A DNA stretch of 64,000 nucleotides from Ranitomeya imitator (Eukaryota). Shown one piece after another: positions 1 through 11,000 of this stretch. How positions within the stretch are numbered: the first letter of the stretch is position 1; the number at the start of each line of letters is the position of its first letter. The translations under genes were made by a program, and so were the position numbers. The notes beneath the pieces were generated by a model. It had not been told where the DNA came from, made no database searches, and worked only from the letters and a program-made list of their open reading frames with translations. The stretch lies in assembly GCF_032444005.1 (NCBI RefSeq), contig NC_091283.1, positions 45,136,001-45,200,000 of the forward strand, written 5' to 3'.

Positions 1-1730
1 TGAAGCACTTGGGGGTTCAAAGTGCTCACCACATATCTAGATAAGTTCCTTGGGGGGTCTAGTTTCTAAAATGGGGTCACTTGGGGGGGGTTCTACTGTT
101 TAGCCACATCAGGGGCTCTGCAAACGCAACGTGACGCCCGTAGAGCATTCCATCAAAGTCTGCATTTCAAAATGTCACTACTTTACTTCCGAGCCCGGCA
201 TGTGCCCAAACAGTAGTTTACCCCCACATCTGGGCTATCACCGTACTCAGGAGAAACTGGACAACAAATATTGGGGTCAAATTTCTCCTGTTACCCTTGG
301 GAAAATAAAAAATTGCGGGCTAAAAAATCATTTTTGAAAAAAGAATTTTTATTTTCATGGCTCTGCGTTATAAACTTCTGTGAAGCACTTGGGGGTTCAA
401 AGTCCTCACCACACATCTAGATTAGTTCCTTTGGGGGTCTAGTTTCCAAAATGGGGTCATTTTGGGGGGGATCTCCAATGTTTATGCACACAGGGGCTCT
501 CCAAACGCGACATGGCGTCCGCTAATGATTGGAGATAATTTTCCATTCAAAAAGTCAAAAGGCGCTCCTTCCCTTCCGAGCCCTGCCGTGTGCCCAAACA
601 GTGGTTTACCCCCACATATGAGGTATCGGCGTACTCGGGAGAAATTGCCCAACAAATTTTAGGATCCATTTTATCCTATTGGCCATGTGAAAATGAAAAA
701 ATTGAGGCTAAAAGAATTTTTTTGTGAAAAAAAAAAAAAAAGTACTTTTTCATTTTTACGGATCAATTTGTGAAGCACCTGGGGCTTTAAAGTGCTCACT
801 ATGCATCTAGATAAGTTCCTTGGGGCATCTAGTTTCCAAAGTGGGGTCACTTGTGGGGGAGCTCCAATTTTTAGGCACACGGGGGCTCTCCAAACGTGAC
901 ATGGTGTCCGCTAAAGAGTGGAGCCAATTTTTGATTCAAAAAGTCAAATGGCGCTCCTTCCCTTCCAAGCCCTGCCGTGCGCCCAAACAGTGGTTTACCC
1001 CCACATATGAGGTATCAGCGTACTCAGGACAAATTGGACAACAACTTTCGTGGTTCAGTTTCTCCTTTTACCATTGGGAAAATAAAAAAATTGTTGCTAA
1101 AAGATAATTTTTGTGACTAAAAAGTTAAATGTTCATTTTTTCCTTCCATGTTGCTTCTGCTGCTGTGAAGCACCTGAAGGGTTAATAAACTTCTTGAATG
1201 TGGTTTTGTGCACCTTGAGGGGTGCAGTTTTTAGAATGGTGTCACTTTTGGGTATTTTCAGCCATATAGACCCCTCAAACTGACTTCAAATGTGAGGTGG
1301 TCCCTAAAAAGAAATGGTTTTGTAAATTTCGTTGTAAAAATAAGAAATCGCTGGTCAAATTTTAACCCTTATAACTTCCTAGCAAAAAAAAAATTTGTTT
1401 CCAAAATTGTGCTGATGTAAAGTAGACATGTGGGAAATGTTATTTATTAACTATTGTGTCACATAACTCTCTGGTTTAACAGAATAAAAATTCTAAATGT
1501 GAAAATTGCGAAATTTTCGCCAAATTTCCGTTTTTATCACAAATAAACACAGAATTTATTGACCTAAATTTACCACTAACATGAAGCCCAATATGTCACG
1601 AAAAAACAATCTCAGAACCGCTAGGATCCATTGAAGCGTTCCCGAGTTATTACCTCATAAAGGGACACTGGTCAGAATTGCAAAAAACGGCAAGGTCTTT
1701 AAGGTCAAAATAGGCTGGGTCATGAAGGGG
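1..1730. mobile_element. Right part of a large non-autonomous piggyBac-type (TTAA) element with ~385-bp internal tandem subrepeats
   Basis: Ends ...catgaagggg|TTAA at 1730. The unit TGAAGCAC-GGGG-TT-AAAGT-CTCAC recurs at ~1, ~381 and ~771. The 3' part is homologous to 29348-29846 and 63660-64000. Confidence 0.7.
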
Positions 1731-1910
1731 TTAAGTGTGGTATAGAAATGAGGATCATTGCTGCTTTCTTTCAGGATCAATGAAGCAGTATTGTATTGCA
1801 TCTCTGCTTCAGTGATTGGAGAGATGATTTTTTAATTATGGACAACCCCTTTAATCAGCTTGGTCTTCCACCGCTATCAACCAATGTAAGATATGGGACC
1901 TGTCTCAAGA

Positions 1911-2760
1911 CAAAAAAAAGGGAAGAAGCCAGCACTGCTCATGGTCAGAACGCAATAACTGAAGTGCAATTGCACATAAATTCTAACTGTATTTCAAATA
2001 TGAGACATTTAGCAAACAATTGATCAATTCTTTGAGCTACCCCGCCCCTTCACGGCAATCTCATAATGGGGTAGTCCTAATCTACGTATTTTATTTACGT
2101 TGTGCCATTATGGCCTCCTGAATGTATAAAAGAAAAAAAAGGACCACATTAAATGCAAACTGTACCTGGAGCATTTTCAGAGTCACTCCCTTGGTGCCAG
2201 GAAAGGCAAGCGCAGGTAAAGGCCGATCAGGTCCAGTGCGGACATTTCAGATCTGGCTTCCACACTGCCAAACCCGCACCAAAGATGAAGGGTGAGACAG
2301 GCTGAGACACAGGTGCACAATTAACTCAATTAACTCAATTAACTAGTTAATTGTGCACCTGTGTCTCAGCCTGTCTCACCCTTCATCTTTGGTGCGGGTT
2401 TGGCAGTGTGGAAGCCAGATCTGAAATGTCCGCACTGGACCTGATCGGCCTTTACCTGCGCTTGCCTTTCCTGGCACCAAGGGAGTGACTCTGAAAATGC
2501 TCCAGGTACAGTTTGCATTTAATGTGGTCCTTTTTTTTCTTTTATACATTCAGGAGGCCATAATGGCACAACGTAAATAAAATACGTAGATTAGGACTAC
2601 CCCATTATGAGATTGCCGTGAAGGGGCGGGGTAGCTCAAAGAATTGATCAAATGTTTGCTAAATGTCTCATATTTGAAATACAGTTAGAATTTATGTGCA
2701 ATTGCACTTCAGTTATTGCGTTCTGACCATGAGCAGTGCTGGCTTCTTCCCTTTTTTTTG
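1911..2760. repeat. 850-bp near-perfect palindrome (416-bp arms, 18-bp spacer) flanked by a 14-bp direct repeat
   Basis: 1911-2326 is the reverse complement of 2345-2760 with one mismatch seen by eye (2019). ACCTGTCTCAAGAC occurs at 1898-1911 and 2765-2778. Confidence 0.95.
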
Positions 2761-2805
2761 CTTTACCTGTCTCAAGACTCGGCAACAAATGCAAGGACAG
2801 ATATG

Positions 2806-4383
2806 CACTGCTCAAAAAAAAAATAAAGGGAACACAAACAGAATATAACGCCAAGTAAATCAAACTTCTGTGAAATCAAACTGTCCTTAGGAAGCAATCA
2901 ATGACAATCAATTTCACATGCTGTTGTGCAAATGGAGTAGACAACAGATGGAAATTATTGGCAATTATCAAGACACACTCAATAAAGGAGTGGTTCTGCA
3001 GGTGGGGGTCACAGACCACATCTCAGTACCAATGCTTTCTGGCTGATGTGTTGGTCACTTTTGAATGTTGGTTGTGCTTTCACACTCGTGGTAGCATGAG
3101 ATGGACTCTACAACCCACAAAAGTGGCTCAGGTAGTGCAGCTCATCCAGGATGGAACATCAATGCGAGCTGTGGCGAGGTGGTTTGCTGTGTCTGTCAGC
3201 GTAGTGTCCAGAGGCTGGAGGTGCTACTAGGAGACAGGACAGTACACCAGGACACGTGGAGGGGGCTGTAGGAGGGCAACAACCCAGCAGCAGGACTGCT
3301 CCCTCAGCCTTTGTGCAAGGAGGAACAGGAGGAGCACTGCCAGAGCCCTGCAAAATGACCTCCAGCAGGCCACAAATGTGCATGTGTCTGCACAAACTGT
3401 CTGTTAGAAACAGACTCCATGAGGATGGTCTGAGTGCCCGACGTCCACAGATTGGGGTTGTGCTCACAGCCCAACACCGTGCAGGATGCTTAGCATTTGC
3501 CACATAACACTAGGATTGGCAAATTTGCCACTGGCGCCCTGTGCTCTTCACAGATGAAAGCAGGTTCACTCTGAGCACATGTGACAGACGTGACAGAGTC
3601 TGGAGATACCGTGGAGAGCGATCTGCTGCATGCAACATCCTTCAGCATGACCGGTTTGGCAGTGGGCCAGTAATGGTGTAGGGTGGCATTTCAGTGGAGG
3701 GCCGCAAAGCCCTCCATGTGCTCGCCATAGGTAGCCCGACTGCCATTATGTACCGAGATGAGATCCTCAGACCCCTTGTGAGACCATATGCTGGTGCGGT
3801 TGGACCTGGGTTCCTCCTAATGCAGGACAATGCCAGACCTCATGTGGCTGGAGTGTGTCAGCAGTTCCTGCAAGATGAAGGCATTGAAGCTATGGACTGG
3901 TCCGCCCGTTACCCAGACCAGAAATCCGATTGAACACATCTGTGACATCATGTCTCGCTCCATCCACCAACGTCACGTTGCACCACAGACTGTCCAGGAG
4001 TTGGCGGATGCTTTAGTCCAGGTCTGGGAGGAGATTCCTCAGGAGAACATCCACTGTCTCATCAAGAGCATGCCCAGGCATTGTAGGGAGATCATACAGG
4101 AACGTGGAGGCCACAAACACTACTGAGCATCATTTCCTTGTCTTGGGGCATTTCCTCTGAAGTTGGATCAGCCTGTAATTTGATTTTCCACTTTGATTTT
4201 GAGCATCATTCCAACTCCAGACCTCCATGGGATATTAGTTGTGATTTACGTTGATAATTTTTAGGTTTTATTGTTCTCAACACATTCCACTATGTAATGA
4301 ATAAAGATTTACAACTGGAATATTTCATTCAATGATATCTAGGATGTGGGATTTTAGTGTTCCCTTTATTTTTTTGAGCAGTG
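2806..4383 (+). mobile_element. Full-length but decayed Tc1-like DNA transposon
   Basis: TIR CACTGCTCAAAAAAA(A)TAAAGGGAACAC at both ends with TA on the right. Broken transposase fragments (VLFTDESRF-like at ~3540, LMQDNARPH, NPIEHICDIMSR) carry stops and frameshifts. Confidence 0.88.
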
Positions 4384-4427
4384 TATGTATAACCTCTTGC
4401 TGTAAAAAAATAAATGAAATTAACCTC

Positions 4428-4458
<31 letters not shown>

Positions 4459-4942
4459 TTCTCAATGTCCTAACTTGCAAAGTATCTGCAGACACCAGCA
4501 ACTTTGCAATTTAACTCTTATTAAAAATATCAAGAATGGAAGGATTTTAAATTCTATAGTTTGCTGCTTGATGCGAAGGCTACTGGGCACCGCTGCAGTC
4601 TGTCAGTGGTGGCCAACTCCTAGGCAAGAGGCGCAGCACTTACATCCTCTTTGTACAGAGCTTATGAGCGCTGCTCTGAAGCTGTCAGGATTTTGCATGA
4701 TCTGAGCAGCTTCAGAGCACCTGTGCTCCTACGAGGCTGCAGAGGGAAAGCGGTCTACTTTTTCCAAGGGGGAAGCGCACAGTTCGGGACGGTGTTGCCA
4801 ACATGAACTGTCAATCATCAGGAGCAAACCTTCTCCAATCAGCAAACATCCTGGACGCGGTAGGAGCGGCGCGTCCCTGGAGGACGACCGCACTAGTTTG
4901 TTTGTAATGTTCCCGTGAGTGTCGGGCTGGGTGTCCTCTTAC

Positions 4943-5031
4943 CATGGCCTGTATATAGGAGAAGTCCTTCCTCGCCTTGCAGTAAGCGTTCTTAAATTGC
5001 CGCTTCTCTGTTTCTGACCAATGATCTGAAC
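4943..5031 (-). CDS. znf541: znf541 exon, SANT helices 1-2 (GSDHWSETEKRQFKNAYCKARKDFSYIQAM)
   Basis: ctacag|GT acceptor and ATG|GTAAGA donor; W-(S/T)-x-x-E-K-x-x-F and K-D-F SANT motifs. Confidence 0.92.
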
Positions 5032-8000
5032 CTGTAGAATAACCGATATATCAGAATGCAAAATGGTCCTGGAAAATCAGTCGGGACAATAAATACAGCG
5101 AGGAGCCAGAACGATGCCCCAGAGCACATGCTAGTAGGACTACACAACGACGTTGGCCGCAGCACAGGGAGTGCGACCACAGATCTCTGTACGTCGCTGC
5201 TACGTCTCTGCATTGTGACCTGCCGGGGACAGCGACCGCTCAGTCAGCACCGTGGGGGTCACAACACCTCCCTGCTCGCTTTATGCAGAGAATTAGCAGC
5301 GGCACACAGCTATCTATGGCCGGACAACCGGTAGCCCCGGCCTTGGCCTCTCCGGTGCCGGCGGTGGCTTAGGATTTTCTTACCTGCATAGTGATAATCT
5401 ACAAGACATTGAGGAAGAAGTTTCTGATGCTTTGAATCTAAAAGTTTCTCCAGCGTCTCCTAAAGCAGAACATGAGAGAATCAGTGGCGTTTCTGACGTC
5501 CAGATCTTTTATTTCACACTTTTTTTTTTTTTTACACTTTTATGATGAATGGATGGATATATATATTAGTACAGACCAAAAGTTTGGACACACCTTCTTC
5601 TCATTTAAAGATTTTTCTGTATTTTCATGACTATGAAAACTGTACATTGAAGGCATCAAAACTATGAATTAACGCATGTGGAATTATATACTTAACAAAA
5701 AAGTGTGAAACAACTGAAAATATTTCTTATATTCTAGTGCTAGGAAACCACTGCTAAGGACAGCCAACAAGCAGAAGAGACTTGTTTGGGCTAAAGAACA
5801 CAAGGAATGGACATTAGACCAGTGGAAATCTGTGCTTTGGTCTGATGAGTCCAAATTTGAGATCTTTGGTTCCAACCACCGTGTCTTTGTGCGACTCAGA
5901 AAAGGTGAACGGATGGACTCTACATGCCTGGTTCCCACTGTGAGGCATGGAGGAGGAGGTGTGATGTGTGGGGGTGCTTTGCTGGTGACACTGTTGGGGA
6001 TTTATTCAAAATTGAAGGCATACTGAACCAGCATGGCTACCACAGCATCTTGCAGCGGCATGCTATTCCATCCGGTTTGCGTTTAGTTGGACCATGATTT
6101 ATTTTTCAACAGGACAATGACCCCAAACCACACCTCCAGGCTGTGTAAGGGATATTATATTAATAAATATATATATATATATATATATATATCTACCTCT
6201 AATTTTTTTTACTGAACTTTTAAAAGGATTTAAAAAATTAACCCTTTCTCAACATCGCCCTACGTGTAAAACGCATGTTGGAGTATGGAACAGGCTGAGG
6301 CACTGACCCCGCTCCGCACCAGCCAGATGCCACCTGTGTTGCACAGCCGGAGTCCTCCGCCAGCAGTGGATTGCTGCTATTAGCCTCTTAAATGCCACTA
6401 ACAATCTTTGACAATGGGCATTTAAAACAAGTCCATAGTGCTCGTTGTTCTGTGCACCCATCCCTTTCCCTGAAACACAAGAGCTGATGGGTATTCATTG
6501 CAGCCAGGAGACTGACACAGAAATCTATGGGGTTTCTCTATATACTGCATAAACAAAAATGGTGGGGTTTATGCTTTTTAAGGAAAAAAAAATATTTTGT
6601 CTTGCTTTTTGACATTTTTGGGAAACTTTACAAGTAATAAAGCTGACCCAATATTATGGGATGATTAGTATTTCTAAGCCATTCTGCCTACTCGACTAGG
6701 TCATGATTGGGTTTAAACAGCTGTGATTGGAGTTTGTTCCGATCCTGGCTCAGCTGGATGATGTATCCGCTACCTGCTGCCAAATGTGCAGGCTCCGCTC
6801 CTGTGCCATCTGCAGGCTGTATGGCTGTGTGGGGAGTATCACCCACCAATGCTGTAAGTATGTGACATGGAAGGCAAGGAATAAACAGTGTGCCCGTGCG
6901 GCTGACGGCACAGCTCCTGAGCCCCGTGCGGCTGATGGCACAGCTCCTTATCTCGTGCGGCTGATGACACAGCTCCTGAGCCCCGTGCGGCTGATGGCAC
7001 AGCTCCTTATCTCGTGCGGCTGACGGCACAGCTCCTTATCTCGTGCGGCTGATGGCACAGCTCCTTATCTCGTGCGGCTGACGGCACAGCTCCTGAGCCC
7101 GTGCGGCTGACGGCACAGCTCCTGAGCCCCGTGCGGCTGATGGCACAGCTCCTTATCTCGTGCGGCTGACGGCACAGCTCCTGAGCCCGTGCGGCTGATG
7201 ACACAGCTCCTGAGCCCGTGCCATCCGTTGCATGCACCAGAATAGATATTCGCAATGACCTATAAAGCAGGTAGGAGACTGAAGGACTCACCAAGACGTT
7301 GCCCCGGCTAAAATGCAGACAGTGGAGGGCGAGCTCCAGGTTGCAGCCTCCTCCGGGTACAGCACTGGAGCAGGCAAGTTTGACAAGATGGGAGACTAAG
7401 GAAACAAGAGACATTAGTGACTGAGAGGGAATCATGGCGACAAGTACGTGACAATAGTGAAACACTGATCCCATCGATGGATGTGCCAGACGGCAGGTTA
7501 TAACAGCCACAATGTGGAAACATTAATAAAAGTGGTCTACACAGAAAAGTAGATCTTCACTGAACCCCTTCAGTGCAGCCTTTGGCCACGTGCCTGATTA
7601 TGGAGCAGTATTATCGGGGGTCTGTAGACTTCCATAGGCACAGATGCCGTATACTGTAGAATAAGGTTCCCCGCAGAGGAGCGAAGTATTTCATTACATG
7701 GAAAGCCTACAAGCTTCTAATACAGACTCGGGACGGACCGCGCTTGGCTGGGAGGACGCGGTGTTCGGGCTGAGTCCTCCGATCTGAGCACAAGTCGTCC
7801 GGCCTCAGAGGGCCTCCACACGCTGCGTACAAGCCGCGCTCATAAATCTAACCCCCCCCCAGCATCATGCCACACATCTATGGCTCTGGTGGTACTTCCT
7901 CGGCAGCGGAGGTATCGCTCAGCCCGCACCTCCCTCAGCGGTCACACTATGTGCAATGGCCGGGTCTGTGGCTAAATCCTCCCAATCCTGACCACTTAAC

Positions 8001-11000
8001 CCCTTAAATACTGCTGACAAAAGCGACTGCAGCACCTGAATCATTTGTTGTAAGGTCGGGGTCAGAGGTGGAGAGGGGTTACACATCCTTAAAGGGGTGG
8101 GATAAAATCTATGGACAGGCAGGTAGTAAACATAGCATGTGACTTTAGATTACTGCCTACAATCATCATGTGCTGGCGAGGGGTCTTACTCTCTGCAGTG
8201 AGTCTCCGGGGTCTCCAAACCAAATCAGCCTTTTCCTCTTCTCCTCCCATCACGGAGCGGTCTCTGCACACCGGGATCGCCGCCTGGAACCGATCTCCGA
8301 TGTTAATGTGACTTAAAGGGGGGAAAAAAAATCCAAAATGTAATCTATTAAAGGGACGAGGTCTTACCCTCAGATTGCAGGGACTTACGGCTGGACAGAA
8401 AACTCTGTGGCGTCTATGACGAGGCCGACTCCGTCAGTGTCTATATCTGCGGGGGGTAACGTGCGCTGTAAGTACCATTATACACACAGTCGTCCCACCA
8501 CATGGAAACCAGTACTCACCATCAACACTGGGAGGCTGGTACTGGGCACTGGAGGGGGCGCAGAAGGTCTGGAAATAGAGGCCGGTCCCTTGGCGGATGG
8601 GGCTCAGCATGGGAGGGGGTGTATACTGGCAGTGGAGGGCGCCTTTATGGAAGTACTCGGATAGCGGGGTGTCTGGGGAGCGCATGCTGCTCTGGAAACA
8701 ACCAGAGGGGGCAGAATTGTTTTCCGACACCGGAGGGGGGATGTATAAGGGCAGAGGACAAGGTCTTGTCTCTTTCCCTTTTTTCAGGGTAGACTTTAGA
8801 TGATGACCTCTAAGTCCATTCACCTAAACAGCAAAGACAAAAGAAGAAGCGCCAACAGTTAAAGGGGTTGTCCGGGGAATAAAAATGACTTTCTTAAAGG
8901 GCTCCCCTCACCTTGTCGTCTTTCTTAGTGACGGGCACAGACACAGGGATTACAAGGCGTCCTGCAGTCTCCTCCTTGCTTGTCCAGGATCCCAGACATT
9001 GCTCTGTCGGCTCCCCCGTGCGTTGCCAGCTTACCGTATCCCCTTCTCGATTGTCCTTTTAAAAGATCCTATATTGTCATATTTTAACAAAGGTCTATAA
9101 ATGTTTACTTATTTTCAAAGAAAAATCATTTTTGTAATTGGTTTTTAATACAAATGTTGCACCGTTCTATAGCCTGAGTGTGTGTTGGGCTGTCTATTGC
9201 TCGGCTGAAGAATGAGTTAGCTGAAAATCTGTCAGTGATCTCGTTCTGATGGGGAGTTTATACCTCTTTTGTCTGTTTTTTTTTATACCTCAGTTCCTTT
9301 CAATTGATTTATGACGAAAGTTGGGCTGAACTTTGTGGTGTAGGATACCTGCCGCAACCTGGGTTAATGTGGTGCTGATAATAATCAAACAGAAAATTAA
9401 CTTTTTTTTAAAGTGTTACAAAACTTTGTAAAAGTTTTTACTGTATTGTGGCTCCTAAGGCCGATAACTAATATATGACCCATGTAATATCTTTTATTCC
9501 ATTTTTGGTGACCGAGGAATGATTAAAAAATATATATATATATATATATATATACAGCTCTGGCAAAAATTAAGAGACCACTTTTAAATGTTCAGTTTGT
9601 CTCATTTTCCTCTTTATAGGCATATTTTGAGTAAAATGTAAATTGTTCTTTTATTCTATAAACTACTGACTACATGTCTCCGAAGTTCCAAGCAATAAAT
9701 TTTGTATTTATTTTCTGAAAATGGTCAAAATAACAAAAAAAATGCATTGCTTTCAGACTTCAAATAATGCAAAAAAAAAAAAAAAACAAGTTCATGATCA
9801 TTTAGAAACAACAATACTAATGTTTTAACTCAGGAAGCGTTCAGAAATCAATATTTTGTGGAATAACCATGATTTTTAATCCCAGCTTTCATGCGTCTTG
9901 GCATGCTTTCCACCAGTCTTTCACACTGCTTTTGGGTGACCTTATGCCACTTCTGGTACAAAAATGTAAGCAGTTCTTCTTTGTTTGATGGCTATTTTAT
10001 CCAGCAGGACAATGCGCCATGCCACACAGGTAGGTCAATCAAGGCGTGGATGAAGGACCACCCTATCAAATCCCTGTCATGGGCAGCCAATCTCCAGACC
10101 TGAACCCCACTGATGAAGAGGATGATGGATAGTCACAAGCAATCAAAGAAGAACTGCTGACATCTTTGCGCCAGGAGCAGTGCGAAAGACTGGTGGAAAG
10201 CATGGCAAGACGCACGGAAGCTGTGATTACAAATCATGGTTATTCCACAAAATATTGATTTCTGAACTCTTCCTGAGTTAAAACATTAGTATTGTTGTTT
10301 CTAAATGATTATGAACTTTTTTTTTTTTTTTGCATTATTTGAGGTCTGCCAAGCACTGGATATTTTTTTTTATTATTTTGACCATTTCTCATTTTCAGAA
10401 AATAAATACAATATGTATTGCTTGGAACTTCGGAGACATGTAGTCAGTAGTTTATAGAATAAAAGAACAATGTACATTTTACTCAAAAATAAACCTATAA
10501 AGAGAAAAATCAGACAAAGTGAACATTTAAAAGTGGTCTCTTAATTTTTGCCAGAGCTGTATATTCTGCATGTCAGTGATAGGATGAACTATATAGCAGA
10601 ACTGAAGGTTCTGGGAAAGCAGGAGACAAGTTGCATCCATCCCGACTTGGGCAAATCCCTCCTGAGGTTATGCTCCCAGCAGAGGGCACAGACGCAGTGT
10701 GTACCTAGCCTAAGCCGTGACCTCCTCCTCACATGGTGTCACATAGATCATAGTAATAGGAAAGCAACAGGCGACAGCAGAAGCCAAGATGGGCCTCTAT
10801 ATGGCAGAGGCATCGTGCAAGGGGGACATCTAGTGGCAGCAAAGCAGTGGTGCAGATGTAGCTGTACAACTTTTTTTATGCTTAGTTTTTCAACTTTCTA
10901 ATAAGTCATGGCCCCCGTTTATTAGTCAATTTACTGTTTAAAAAAAAAAGTTGGGCAAAAACCTAAAACTTTTATGCTGTGTTGAGGAAAAAAAAAAGAG

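Noticed and set aside
2181-2216. SHSLGARKGKR in the palindrome resembling human ZNF541 GSARKGKR
   Set aside because: The human motif lies upstream of finger 1, the wrong position for this locus, and the frame stops immediately; a short coincidence.
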